Notes: generated by a model not told the origin, from the letters alone. Counted from the stretch's first letter, positions 21,106-31,573 are shown. The stretch is DNA of 64,000 bases from Candidatus Nanoarchaeia archaeon (GCA_038874075.1 JAVZDD010000001.1:8701-72700); one strand, 5' to 3'. Numbers and translations are program-made.

Positions 21106-22532
21106 TAAGGATGGAATTAAATTTACCTTTTTTGAAGAGGGAGGAAAAGGGAGAAAGCGAAGAGGAGAAAAGGAAAGATAGGGATAATAATAAAAAGGAG
21201 GAGGAAAAGAAGAAGAAATTGACTGAAGCAAAGACTGTGGGTGAGATGGCTGCAATCTTGCAGGAAATTCCAGTGGAAGATGAGGAAGTGAAAGAGGAAG
21301 AGAAAAGGGAAGAAAAAGCTGGCATAGAAATTGATCCAAAGCAATTGTTTATAGAAATTGAAAAAATGAAGGTTGAGATTGATGGAATAAAAGAAGATAA
21401 GACAAGAATTGAGGAAAAAATTGATAGATTCGTTGAGAGTATTGGTGAGCTTAGAAGTCTGTTATCACAAAGGGAAGTGTCATTCAAGGAACAGGAAATA
21501 AAGCTCAATAAATTAGTTGAAATTGTGGGTGAAATAGACCCAACAAAGTATGGCGTAGAGCTAAAAAAAATTGAAAAGGATGTTTCTATTCTACAAGCAA
21601 GAATAGAAAAATTGGAAAGAATAAGTGTTGATTTAGTTAAAGACTTACAATCGCTACGGGATATCTTGGATAAAGTGAAGGACATCTCTACTATAATGGG
21701 AATGAATAGGGAATTAAGTGAAAAATTAGCGAAGATTGAGGATATTGGAAGTAAAGTGGAAAGAGATACAAATAAAGTTGAAAAAATGTACGCTGAAATT
21801 GATAAAAAAATTATGGATATACCGATGCTAAAAGAAAAAAATGAGAAGTTGGATGGACTTTTAAAGGAGCTTTTGATGAGTGTTGATGAAATTAAAATCA
21901 GATTAGATGCTTGTATAAGTAAAGATGACCTTGATTCATTAAGAGAAAGTATGAGGGAAGAAACGAGAGTACAAGTCGAAGATTTAAGGAAAGAGATTGA
22001 GGAAATGAAAATATCAAAACCTGTCGAAGAAAAAATCGAAGAGATTAAGAAATTTCCAAGTGAAAGTGAGATCGAGGAATTAAAGAGGGAGAGGGAAGAA
22101 ATAATCAGGTTTTTGAGCGCGCTTGAAGATGAATACAGGGAAGCCACAATCTCTGAGAAGAGTTATCAAGAAGCAAAAGAAAAAAACACGGTAAGATTGC
22201 ATCAAATTGAAAAGAGATTGAAGGAAATAAAGGAGATGGAAGAACAGATGGAAATTGAGAAGCAAATATTTACTGCGAAAAAAGCAATTGATGAGATAAA
22301 TCGGGTGAGTGAAGAGTTAAATAAGAAACTTACTGATATTGAGAAAAAATTAACAAGTGTTGATTTACTTGTATCTGACATCCAGAACATTAAAAATAAA
22401 TTAACGCAGTTGGAGGAAAGCGATAAAAAAATTATAAGTGATAGCACAGCATTATCAAATCAATTTAATCAAATAAAATCGATCTTTGAAAAAAGACTAA
22501 AAGAAATGTCAAAAATTGTGGAAGAGTTATAG
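21102..22532 (+). CDS. Long cytoplasmic coiled-coil protein
   Basis: E/K/I/L-rich heptads, no TM; GTGA overlap with the giant gene stop. Confidence 0.85.
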   Translation: MIRMELNLPFLKREEKGESEEEKRKDRDNNKKEEEKKKKLTEAKTVGEMAAILQEIPVEDEEVKEEEKREEKAGIEIDPKQLFIEIEKMKVEIDGIKEDKTRIEEKIDRFVESIGELRSLLSQREVSFKEQEIKLNKLVEIVGEIDPTKYGVELKKIEKDVSILQARIEKLERISVDLVKDLQSLRDILDKVKDISTIMGMNRELSEKLAKIEDIGSKVERDTNKVEKMYAEIDKKIMDIPMLKEKNEKLDGLLKELLMSVDEIKIRLDACISKDDLDSLRESMREETRVQVEDLRKEIEEMKISKPVEEKIEEIKKFPSESEIEELKREREEIIRFLSALEDEYREATISEKSYQEAKEKNTVRLHQIEKRLKEIKEMEEQMEIEKQIFTAKKAIDEINRVSEELNKKLTDIEKKLTSVDLLVSDIQNIKNKLTQLEESDKKIISDSTALSNQFNQIKSIFEKRLKEMSKIVEEL

Positions 22533-22541
22533 TGATTTTTA

Positions 22542-25500
22542 ATGCTAAGATCATGGAAAAGATTGGTTATATTAGCGATATGGTGCTTATTCTTAATTAG
22601 TTTTTCAAAGGCTGAATGGTGGAATACTTCATTTCATTACAGAGTACCAGTTAATATAAGTACTGGAAACTATAACAGGACTGAATGGCCGATTGAGATA
22701 AGAATAAACTTTACACAATTAATTTATGATCTAAAGGGTAGATATGAGATATTTGATAATAATTCTATTCGTGTCATAGAATATGATTCAGATGGTTATG
22801 TAATAAATGATAACAACGGACTTGGAATCGTCTCACAATTTGACGAAGATGAAGATTACGATGCAACTTATAATGCTGTTGGTGAATTGGTCTTTCTATT
22901 AAATGGAACAACACCTGCTAATACCACCAGGTACTTTTACATTTATTTTGATACAATGGAAAATCAAAAACAACCTCCAAGCTACCAGACAAATTTGACA
23001 TATGTGTGGGATGATGAAGAATTTAATGTGAATAACTCAATTTACAGACTTTGGATTGATACGCTTAGAAACGATAATACATCCGGAATATATAAAGTAA
23101 ATTTTACAGATGGTAGACTGCTCACCGAAATTGCGCCAAGCGGAAGAACGCTTGAGTATGTTAGTTATTGGAATTCAACAAACCAATTCATGTATAACCT
23201 TTCCCACCAAATGAAAATTTTGTATGCAGGACCGGTAAGAATTGTTGTAGAACAGTTGGGAAATGAATCACTTTGGAACTCTAATGTTCAAACAAACCAA
23301 ACAAAATTAAGGAAGAAGTATGTCTTCTATGAGAAAAATCAGTGGATAAGGATAAATGAAACATTAAGTAATGTGCATACGACAGATATAGATAGGTGTT
23401 CGAACGATCCAACATATATACCTGGTGCTCCTGGAACAAGTGATTATATATACGCACTTGCGATTGACGCGAGGAGAGGAAATTTCTATGGAAATGCATA
23501 CGTAATAAATGATTGGGTATCTGTCTTTAATTCAAGTACTGCTGTTGGTATGGGTGTAATACTTTTATATAATTCAACACCAAACTATTTTGTAGACTAT
23601 AGTGACACTTGGGGTAGGATTGGAGTACAGTTGGACAATACAACAATTCCAATTAATGAAAGCATTTCTTTCTCTGCTATTTTGTATTTTAATAACATTT
23701 CTTCGCATAGCCCAATTGAAGAATTGAGGAATAGAGTATTTGCTCCTGTTTCCATTTCAATGGGCAATGCAAGCGCATGGTATATAAACATCACAACGAT
23801 AACTAATCACGACGTTTACAATCGAAAAGAAATGGTAAGTATAATTGCAAATGTCACTTCTGATCCTTGGAACCTTGTAAACTATGTAAATGCTACGCTT
23901 GATTTAAATTCTCTTTTAATGCAACTTACTTATGCTGGATTTAAGTATTATACTGGTAATTACACGTTTGCAAACAACGATACGACGGGTGTTTGGAACA
24001 TTACAACAATTGCTTACGATTCATCTTGGCAATTTTTAAATCAATCTTCAAAATTGATAAACCTAACAGATATTTACAACATGAACTTGACGATAAGAAA
24101 CAAGTATGGACCGATCTCAAGAAAGTTGATTACTGATGTGGGTATAAAAAATTATAGAAATGATACAAACATTGTTGGTATTCCGCAGTCAAATTTCAGT
24201 TGTAATTTAACAATTTTAGAATTTTCTGAAATCGGAAATGGCTTATACAACCTAAATTTTACTGCTCCAATTGAAATCGGTAATTATACATTATTCTGTA
24301 ATATAAATTTCAACGGAAACGTTGGCAATTCAACTGACAGCTATATTACAGAAGAAAATAAGACGCAAGTGAGTATTGAACTTTTACCAGACAATATCAC
24401 AGCCACAAATATCACTTCAACGAATTCACAGATTTTTGAGATGAATTTAACAGCAATTAACCTCAGAAATGGTACGGCATACAAAGCTAACATCACGATT
24501 TCTCTACCAACAAATTGGAGTGCAACGCAAACATTTTTCAATTGTGGTGATATTGCACCGAGTAACAATTGCACTATATATTTCAATGTGACGATTCCAA
24601 GTAAGACCCATTCTGGAAATTATGTAGTAAATGCGACGATTGCTTGGATGAATCCTGATGGATCAATAAATCAAACGAGTGACTTTTCGAATGTAAATGT
24701 TACATCGAACATTACTCTCTATATTCCTGAAAATGAACTAATTGCAGTGGTTGAGCATGGGAGAAATATGCAGATTGGAAACTTTACCTTAAATTCGCTT
24801 GGCAATGATCCTGTATCAAATATTAGTTTTTCATATCAAATTGCTGAAAACATATCCATCATCTTCACACCAAGTGATATTTCTTATTTGGATTCTGGAG
24901 AATCTATTGTTGTATTTGTAAACGTTTCTGTTCCGGCTGGCTACGCACCTGGAAATTACATAGGAAACATCACAATAGATACCGAAAACGATGGAAGCAA
25001 AACATTGTTATTGAACATAGATGTGCCATTGAACAGAACTTGGACAAGGATCCCAAGCGCATGTTATAAATATATAGCTGCACCTGTGGGTTTTGCATGC
25101 AATATCACAATAAATAACACAGGAAACGCTGAATTAAATTTTACCATACATCCAAATGCGACTTCCGATTCAATGGTAAATCAAACATGGCCGAATGTGA
25201 CGAGCATCTTCTTAGAAAAACAGACTTCTTATGTGCTGCCAATCTTTTATAATATCACTGGATTAAACAATGGAACATTTCAAACGACATATACAATAAC
25301 AGCAAACCAATCGGATGCAATTCCACAAAATTTAACAACGATCGTTAATATCACAATTTCACTTGGTCCTGAAATAAACATCACAATTTATCCAAGTTTA
25401 ACAGAACAGATGAGTGATATCGTAATAAATGCGAGTTTATATGATAGGTCTTATACTGGGATATCTTGGGTAAAAATAAATGTGACGAGACCCAATGGAA

Positions 25501-27680
25501 CGATAGATACAACAGAAATGATCCTTGTGAATTCAAGTGGTGATTTCTCAAACTGGACGATCACATATCCCCATAACTGGGGTTCTACATTGTTGAGGGG
25601 AAGATATGATGTGATAGTATACTCAATGGACAACACGGGTGCAATTAACAATGTGACTGGAAACTTCACAATACATGCAAACTTATCGATAATAATGAGG
25701 ACTGGAGCTAGTTCATATTTCCAAGGCGAAAATGGCATTATAAGATACAATGTATACGACTCAAATCAAATACCACTACAAAATGTGAGTGTTTGGATAA
25801 ATATTACAGATCCTGAAGGTAATCGATTGCAAATAATACCTTCCTCTCCATATATCACAAATTCAAACGGTACACTGGATTATTTGCCTCAATTTGAAAT
25901 CACTTCGGATGCGAAGCCTGGAAATTATACTTTAAGTTCATATTCCTCATTCTTTGACCCCATCACAAACACAAGTACAAACAAGATGAATTCAACAATC
26001 TTCTTCGTTTATCCGGTGCTTAGTGCTGATTTCATCACTGTGATCAATTGGTTTCCCAACAATTTGATGCGTTTTATAATATCTACCTATGAAAGAGGCA
26101 TACCCGCTGATCCTGAACAAATGAATTTGGTTGTTTATGACCCAAATTTGGTTGTATATATAAATGCTTCTTCGCTCAATAACTTTACAAGAAGGAGTGT
26201 TGGGTCTTACATTTTTGCGTACATGATGCCATCAAGTCCACCATTGGGACAATACACTGCCTTTCTGAATGTATCAAAAGATGGATTCAGGATTGAGAAA
26301 ACAATTGTCTTCAACGTGGTTCAGGGTCCCCAGTTGATTTTGTATGATATCATATTGATGCTCTTAAAGTCAGAGGTAAATCAAAGTGAAAATCTACCCT
26401 TTGAACTCACGATCATAAACAAAGGTAATGTAAATCAAGATGTTTATGTTGATTATTGGATAAGTACGAGCCCTCTTGGGATACCTTGTAGCAATTGCTG
26501 GGTTGCAAAAAATGCAGATGTTGTATTTGTACCGGTAAATTCGAGTGTCACGTTAAGTAGAAGTGCACCAATTTATTCAACACAAGCTCCAGGTACTTAT
26601 TATTTAAACACAAATGTGACTTATGGAATCAATTTTACTGATTCAAAGACGATCCAACAATCAAAGAGTTTTATTGTTAGAGGAGCCCAGCCAACGAATG
26701 TAACACCAATTACGAACATTACACCTCTCTTGATCATTCCAAATCCAAGAATAAGCATCATTGGTTATCCATCAGTTATTGATATTGAGAAAGGATGGAC
26801 AAAATATGTAAGTGTTGAAATTAAGAATGTTGGTAATACAAATCTAAATAATATTTCACTTCAGATTGCCGGAATTCCTTTTTCATGGTTTGAAATAACA
26901 CCAAGCTTAATTGGCATCTTGTATCCAGAAAATTCAACCACATTTTTGATAAAAATTTCTCCTCCAAGTGATACTGAAACGGCTGAATTCAACGTTACAT
27001 TGATAGTCACATCTGACTTGGCAAGTGATAGTAAAAGATTTGTTTTGGGTGTTTTTTCCACTTTACAAGAGATGTTAAAGAGACAGATAAGTAGATTATG
27101 GGAACAATATAATCTGGTGAGGGGAAAAGCGGGTGTTGCTTCAAGCGAAGGAAAAAATGTTACTGCTGTACTTGATCTATTAAACCAGGCAAAGATGGCG
27201 CTTGAGAATGCTGAGAACTATTTGAACATGAAGATGTACGATGAATGCATCGCTTCGATTGGAAGAGCTAGAGATTTGATAGATAAGGCTGAGCAAGCAC
27301 TTTTAATTGCTCCTGTCATACGTGTCATTCCGGAGAAACCAGTTGAAGTATTACCAAACTGGATTCCATACATATTTTCGTTCTTGTCACTACTCATTTT
27401 AATTATTGTTTTAACGATGATCATATTTTATTTATTAAAGAGAAAAAGAGAGGAAGAGATAAGACCTAGCATTGAAGAGATAAAAAGGGTTAAGGAAGTG
27501 ATTGAAAGGGAACCAAAAGATATACTTGAGAGAAAAAGGGATGCGATCAAAGAAGCATTAAAAGTGATTGAAAGGGAGCATAGGATGGGTCTATTATCAA
27601 CTGAGAGTTATGGTGAATTGAAAAGAAAGAATGAGGAGAAGCTAGCAATTATTGAAAGAAAACTTAAAGGTGAATATTGA
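22542..27680 (+). CDS. Large (1712 aa) membrane-anchored surface glycoprotein, paralogous in part to the 4862-aa protein
   Basis: Signal peptide, WWNTSFHYRVPVNI start, WMNPD/GND.VSNI module, NEW3/CARDB-like folds, C-terminal TM and helical cytoplasmic tail. Confidence 0.88.
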   Translation: MLRSWKRLVILAIWCLFLISFSKAEWWNTSFHYRVPVNISTGNYNRTEWPIEIRINFTQLIYDLKGRYEIFDNNSIRVIEYDSDGYVINDNNGLGIVSQFDEDEDYDATYNAVGELVFLLNGTTPANTTRYFYIYFDTMENQKQPPSYQTNLTYVWDDEEFNVNNSIYRLWIDTLRNDNTSGIYKVNFTDGRLLTEIAPSGRTLEYVSYWNSTNQFMYNLSHQMKILYAGPVRIVVEQLGNESLWNSNVQTNQTKLRKKYVFYEKNQWIRINETLSNVHTTDIDRCSNDPTYIPGAPGTSDYIYALAIDARRGNFYGNAYVINDWVSVFNSSTAVGMGVILLYNSTPNYFVDYSDTWGRIGVQLDNTTIPINESISFSAILYFNNISSHSPIEELRNRVFAPVSISMGNASAWYINITTITNHDVYNRKEMVSIIANVTSDPWNLVNYVNATLDLNSLLMQLTYAGFKYYTGNYTFANNDTTGVWNITTIAYDSSWQFLNQSSKLINLTDIYNMNLTIRNKYGPISRKLITDVGIKNYRNDTNIVGIPQSNFSCNLTILEFSEIGNGLYNLNFTAPIEIGNYTLFCNINFNGNVGNSTDSYITEENKTQVSIELLPDNITATNITSTNSQIFEMNLTAINLRNGTAYKANITISLPTNWSATQTFFNCGDIAPSNNCTIYFNVTIPSKTHSGNYVVNATIAWMNPDGSINQTSDFSNVNVTSNITLYIPENELIAVVEHGRNMQIGNFTLNSLGNDPVSNISFSYQIAENISIIFTPSDISYLDSGESIVVFVNVSVPAGYAPGNYIGNITIDTENDGSKTLLLNIDVPLNRTWTRIPSACYKYIAAPVGFACNITINNTGNAELNFTIHPNATSDSMVNQTWPNVTSIFLEKQTSYVLPIFYNITGLNNGTFQTTYTITANQSDAIPQNLTTIVNITISLGPEINITIYPSLTEQMSDIVINASLYDRSYTGISWVKINVTRPNGTIDTTEMILVNSSGDFSNWTITYPHNWGSTLLRGRYDVIVYSMDNTGAINNVTGNFTIHANLSIIMRTGASSYFQGENGIIRYNVYDSNQIPLQNVSVWINITDPEGNRLQIIPSSPYITNSNGTLDYLPQFEITSDAKPGNYTLSSYSSFFDPITNTSTNKMNSTIFFVYPVLSADFITVINWFPNNLMRFIISTYERGIPADPEQMNLVVYDPNLVVYINASSLNNFTRRSVGSYIFAYMMPSSPPLGQYTAFLNVSKDGFRIEKTIVFNVVQGPQLILYDIILMLLKSEVNQSENLPFELTIINKGNVNQDVYVDYWISTSPLGIPCSNCWVAKNADVVFVPVNSSVTLSRSAPIYSTQAPGTYYLNTNVTYGINFTDSKTIQQSKSFIVRGAQPTNVTPITNITPLLIIPNPRISIIGYPSVIDIEKGWTKYVSVEIKNVGNTNLNNISLQIAGIPFSWFEITPSLIGILYPENSTTFLIKISPPSDTETAEFNVTLIVTSDLASDSKRFVLGVFSTLQEMLKRQISRLWEQYNLVRGKAGVASSEGKNVTAVLDLLNQAKMALENAENYLNMKMYDECIASIGRARDLIDKAEQALLIAPVIRVIPEKPVEVLPNWIPYIFSFLSLLILIIVLTMIIFYLLKRKREEEIRPSIEEIKRVKEVIEREPKDILERKRDAIKEALKVIEREHRMGLLSTESYGELKRKNEEKLAIIERKLKGEY

Positions 27681-27693
27681 TTTAGGTGAGCAA

Positions 27694-28404
27694 ATGGTAA
27701 GGATAATAGGTGTGATATCTGGTAAGGGTGGAGTTGGTAAGACAACGGTCGTTGCTAATCTTGGACTAGCGCTTACTACAAAATTCAATAAAGAAGTGAT
27801 AATCATCGATTGTAACATTACAACATCTCATTTGGGTCTATACTTTGGTTTACATAGCGTGACAACGACATTAAACAATGTATTAAGGGGAGAAGCGATC
27901 ATTGAGGATGCAATTTATATGCATGAAAGTGGATTAAAAATCGTTCCTGCCTCTTTGGCAGCACATGATTTGATTGGTGTTGACATCATCATGCTTGAAA
28001 AAACATTGGAAAGATTATTCGGAAAGGCTGATTTTGTATTATTGGATTCTGCGCCTGGTCTTGGTAGGGAGGCATATGGTACAATAATTGCGAGCAAAGA
28101 AGTAATAATGGTCACGATTCCATATTCACCAGCAATAATTGATTTAATCAGATGTAATCAAGTGATCAAGGAGCTTGGTCCAAGGGCCCTTGGCATCGTA
28201 TTGAACATGGTCACTAGGGACAGATATGAGCTAACGGAGGAGGAAGTAAGTAATATCGTTGGGTTACCTGTGATCGGATCGATACCATATGATAAAAACA
28301 TACTGAAATCCCTTGCATTGAGAACACCTTTACTTAACTATAAACCAAAATCTAGAGCAAGTAAAGAGTTCATAAAACTTGCGAATAGGATTTTAGAACT
28401 ATAA
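27694..28404 (+). CDS. minD: MinD/ParA-family ATPase (archaeal MinD)
   Basis: SGKGGVGKTT deviant Walker A, IIDC, LLDSAPGLG, GIVLN, IPYD. ATG at 27694 follows a GGTGA SD at 27685-27689. Confidence 0.92.
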   Translation: MVRIIGVISGKGGVGKTTVVANLGLALTTKFNKEVIIIDCNITTSHLGLYFGLHSVTTTLNNVLRGEAIIEDAIYMHESGLKIVPASLAAHDLIGVDIIMLEKTLERLFGKADFVLLDSAPGLGREAYGTIIASKEVIMVTIPYSPAIIDLIRCNQVIKELGPRALGIVLNMVTRDRYELTEEEVSNIVGLPVIGSIPYDKNILKSLALRTPLLNYKPKSRASKEFIKLANRILEL

Positions 28405-29490
28405 TCTCATTAATTCATCTTTTATTTTCTTTGCCTCATCTTCGAACATCTTCTGTAAGTTACTTACCTGTTCTCCTGTCTTTGAAATTTTTGTGTTTAA
28501 TTCATTTATTTTATCTGTGATCAATGTTATCTGCTGATTGAAATTCAAAATTTTCTCTTCATTTGCGGAGATCCTCTTGTTAATTTTGTCTATATCGTTT
28601 CCAAGTCTCTCAATTATTTCAGAAAACTTCTTGCCGTAATCCCTCATTTCGCTTTCCGTCTCCCCAATCTTCTGCACCGAAGCTTTTTGCTTCTCAATCG
28701 CCCCTTTCAATTCATCTATGTCCTTCCTTATGGAATCAAGCTGATCTGACACAAGTGAGAAATTAGATTGAAAATTCTTAAATAAATCTGCAATCTTTGC
28801 TTTACTCACTTCCTCTATGTGTTTTTGTAATTCTGTCTCAAATTTTGATGTCTCACTCTTCATTTCTTCTACTAATTTTTTTGCAATTGAAACTAATTCC
28901 TTCTCCACACGTTCCTTAACTGCATTCTTTATCCTTTCTTCCTTAAATTTGAAAATTTTTTTCAAATCCAATATTTCTTCATTTATTTTTTCAATTGCTC
29001 TTTTAGATTGTTTGGCTTCGTCTTGTAGTGTTGTGAGCGTCTCCTCAACCTTCAAAACTCTGTCCTGAACTTTTCTAATTTCTGTATGGGTATTTTTATA
29101 CTCATCGTCGCTTGCTTTCTTTATTTCGTTTATGAGCTTCTCTATATCTTCAAAACTTTTTTCTGTGGTAATTGCTTCTGGCTTTCTTTCTATTGGTATC
29201 ACTCCTTCTTGTTGTTGGACTTTCCTATTAAGAAGTTTTCTTGATATTGCATCAAGTTGGGAAGAAATTTGATTTATTTTTTCTGACTGCATGTTTGATG
29301 CATTTTTCAATTGTTGAATCTCTGGGAGTGAGGATAATGAATTCTCAATCTTCAATAATCTTTCATTCATCGCTGTTATTTGATTTCTTACTTCATCTAT
29401 CTCCTTCTGCCTCAAAGATTTTAACTTTCTCCTGAACTTCTCTTCTATTTTTTCATATTCCTTGATCCATTCTGGAATTTCTTCTTCCAT
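28399..29490 (-). CDS. Coiled-coil protein
   Basis: 363 aa of E/K/Q/I-rich heptads; converges on minD with a 6-nt overlap. Confidence 0.8.
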   Translation of the reverse strand: MEEEIPEWIKEYEKIEEKFRRKLKSLRQKEIDEVRNQITAMNERLLKIENSLSSLPEIQQLKNASNMQSEKINQISSQLDAISRKLLNRKVQQQEGVIPIERKPEAITTEKSFEDIEKLINEIKKASDDEYKNTHTEIRKVQDRVLKVEETLTTLQDEAKQSKRAIEKINEEILDLKKIFKFKEERIKNAVKERVEKELVSIAKKLVEEMKSETSKFETELQKHIEEVSKAKIADLFKNFQSNFSLVSDQLDSIRKDIDELKGAIEKQKASVQKIGETESEMRDYGKKFSEIIERLGNDIDKINKRISANEEKILNFNQQITLITDKINELNTKISKTGEQVSNLQKMFEDEAKKIKDELMRL

Positions 29491-29576
29491 AATAATTTAT
29501 TGTTTTAAAAACTTAAAACCTTTACTTACTACTCTATTTAGAAAATTTTATTATTGGTAGTAACAAATTAAAAAAT

Positions 29577-30407
29577 ATGCCTGCGAATTTACCACCTGAA
29601 TACTACAAAGCAGAGAAAGAATATAAAAAAATTAAAGGAACCAAGGAAAAGATAGAGTTCCTGAAGAAAATGATATCGTTAATACCGTTGCACAAAGGTA
29701 GCGAGAAGCATGTGGCACAGTTAAAACAGAGATTATCAAAGTTAAGAGAAAAGCTTGAGCGTGAAGAGGAGCAGAAGAAAATAGTCAGTAGAAAAAGTTT
29801 TGGAATAAAGAAAGAGGGTGCTGCCCAGGTTTGCTTGGTGGGATTACCAAACACTGGAAAATCGTTCATTTTGAATAAGTATTGTAATAAAAAGATTGAA
29901 TCGAGCGAAAAACCATTTGAGACAAAAATACCTCAAGTTGGAATGTTAGATTACAATGGGGTAAAAATACAGTTGATAGAAATACCAAGTTTCTTTGAGG
30001 GTTTTGCAGATAAAAATAGAGAAATGATGGCCATCATAAATAATTGTGATCTCGTAGTTGTTCTTGGAAACTATGAACCGATCGAGCGTGAATTTAAAAA
30101 AGCAAATATTAGCAAGAAAGTAATAAGAGCAAGTAGCAATGAAGTGATTGATGAGAAGATATGGAATTCGCTGGATTTAATTAGAGTATTCACAAAACCA
30201 GTTGGTAAGAAACCTGAAGATAAACCAATCACACTTAAAAAAGGATCAAATGTTTTTGATCTTGCGCAAAACATACATAAGGATTTTGTGAATAAATTCA
30301 AGTTTGCAAAGGTCTGGGGAAAGTCTGTAAAGTATGATGGTCAGTTCGTTGGTATGGACCATGTGCTCGAGGATGGTGACATTATAGAGTTCCATCTACA
30401 TAAGTGA
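29577..30407 (+). CDS. DRG/OBG-family GTPase-like protein with TGS domain (degenerate G motifs)
   Basis: MPANLPPEY, P.HKG.EK, G1 GLPNTGKS, C-terminal IHKDF..F.FAKVWG.S.K..GQ.VG..H.L.DGD. Confidence 0.9.
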   Translation: MPANLPPEYYKAEKEYKKIKGTKEKIEFLKKMISLIPLHKGSEKHVAQLKQRLSKLREKLEREEEQKKIVSRKSFGIKKEGAAQVCLVGLPNTGKSFILNKYCNKKIESSEKPFETKIPQVGMLDYNGVKIQLIEIPSFFEGFADKNREMMAIINNCDLVVVLGNYEPIEREFKKANISKKVIRASSNEVIDEKIWNSLDLIRVFTKPVGKKPEDKPITLKKGSNVFDLAQNIHKDFVNKFKFAKVWGKSVKYDGQFVGMDHVLEDGDIIEFHLHK

Positions 30408-30411
30408 GAAT

Positions 30412-31014
30412 ATGGAAATTGGAAGAGGAGCTGAGGCGATATTGTTAAGAGAAGGTAATAAATTAGTCAAGCATCGCATAAAGAAAAGCTATAGGATTAG
30501 GGAGATAGATGAAGAATTAAGAAAAAGAAGAACAAAAAATGAGATGAAGCTCTTAAACGAAGCAAGAAGAATTGGTGTGAATGTACCAATGGTCGTGGGT
30601 GTCGATGAAAAAGAAATGAAGATAGAAATGGAGTTTTTGGAAGGAAAAGTGCTGAAAGAATGGTTGGATAAATTGGGGAAGGATAGGGAAAGCATTTGCA
30701 GAGAGATAGGGAGACAAATCGCATTGCTCCATAAGGCAAATATTATTCATGGAGATTTAACAACAAGTAACATGATTTTGAGTGATGGAAAAGTTTATTT
30801 TATTGATTTCGGGCTTGGTTTTTTTTCAAATAAAATTGAAGATAAAGCGTGTGACTTGCATCTCTTAAAAGAGGCATTGATAAGTGCGCATCACAATATT
30901 TGGAAAAAATGTTTTAATCTCATATTGAAGGCATACAAGAAAGAGCTTGGTAGCGAAGCTGATGACATATTCTTGAGACTTAAAGAAATTGGTAGTAGGG
31001 GTAGATATTTCTAA
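30412..31014 (+). CDS. bud32: KEOPS kinase Bud32
   Basis: GRGAEA, K.YR..EID..LR..RT..E, HGDLTTSN, IDFGL, EDKA.DL, RGRY C-terminus. Confidence 0.96.
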   Translation: MEIGRGAEAILLREGNKLVKHRIKKSYRIREIDEELRKRRTKNEMKLLNEARRIGVNVPMVVGVDEKEMKIEMEFLEGKVLKEWLDKLGKDRESICREIGRQIALLHKANIIHGDLTTSNMILSDGKVYFIDFGLGFFSNKIEDKACDLHLLKEALISAHHNIWKKCFNLILKAYKKELGSEADDIFLRLKEIGSRGRYF

Positions 31015-31114
31015 GTGTTTATAGGACAATGTTTATAAAATTGGATAATATCAAATGAAAAGCTGTAGATAAAATAAATAAAATATTTAAATATGTAAGT
31101 ATTGGAGTGATAGC

Positions 31115-31573
31115 ATGGCAAGAATACATACAGCAAGACATGGTAAACATGGATCAAAAAAACCGATAAAGAAGATACCGCCAAGCTGGCTTAGATACAA
31201 ACCTTTTGAAGTTGAAAAGTTGGTGGTTAAACTAGCAAAGGAAGGATATCAAAGTGCGCAGATAGGTAGTATTTTAAGAGACAAATATGGAATTCCAAGT
31301 GTTAAAAACATCACAAACAAAAAGATTACAAAGATAATGAAGGAAAATGAATGCTATTCAAAACTTCCTGAAGACCTAATAAATTTAATTAAAAAAGCTG
31401 TTAGGGTAAGAACGCATATTGAAAGGAATAAGAAAGACAAGGTTTCAAAGAGAAATCTAGTTCTAATTGAATCAAAGGTAAAGAGGCTTGAGAAATATTA
31501 TAAGAGAAAAGGTGTAATTCCAAGAACATGGACTTATGATCCGGAGAAAGCGAGATTGTTAGTTAGTGAATAA
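31115..31573 (+). CDS. rps15: 30S ribosomal protein S15 (S13e/S15p)
   Basis: MARIH..HG.HGS.KP, IG..LRD.YGIP, LPEDL..L, LIESK..RL..YYK. Confidence 0.97.
   Translation: MARIHTARHGKHGSKKPIKKIPPSWLRYKPFEVEKLVVKLAKEGYQSAQIGSILRDKYGIPSVKNITNKKITKIMKENECYSKLPEDLINLIKKAVRVRTHIERNKKDKVSKRNLVLIESKVKRLEKYYKRKGVIPRTWTYDPEKARLLVSE

Noticed and set aside
20957..22147. 396-aa antisense ORF rich in S/F/L/I
   Set aside because: Shadow of the E/K-rich coiled-coil gene; it has no independent motifs. The same applies to the other short antisense ORFs in the track.
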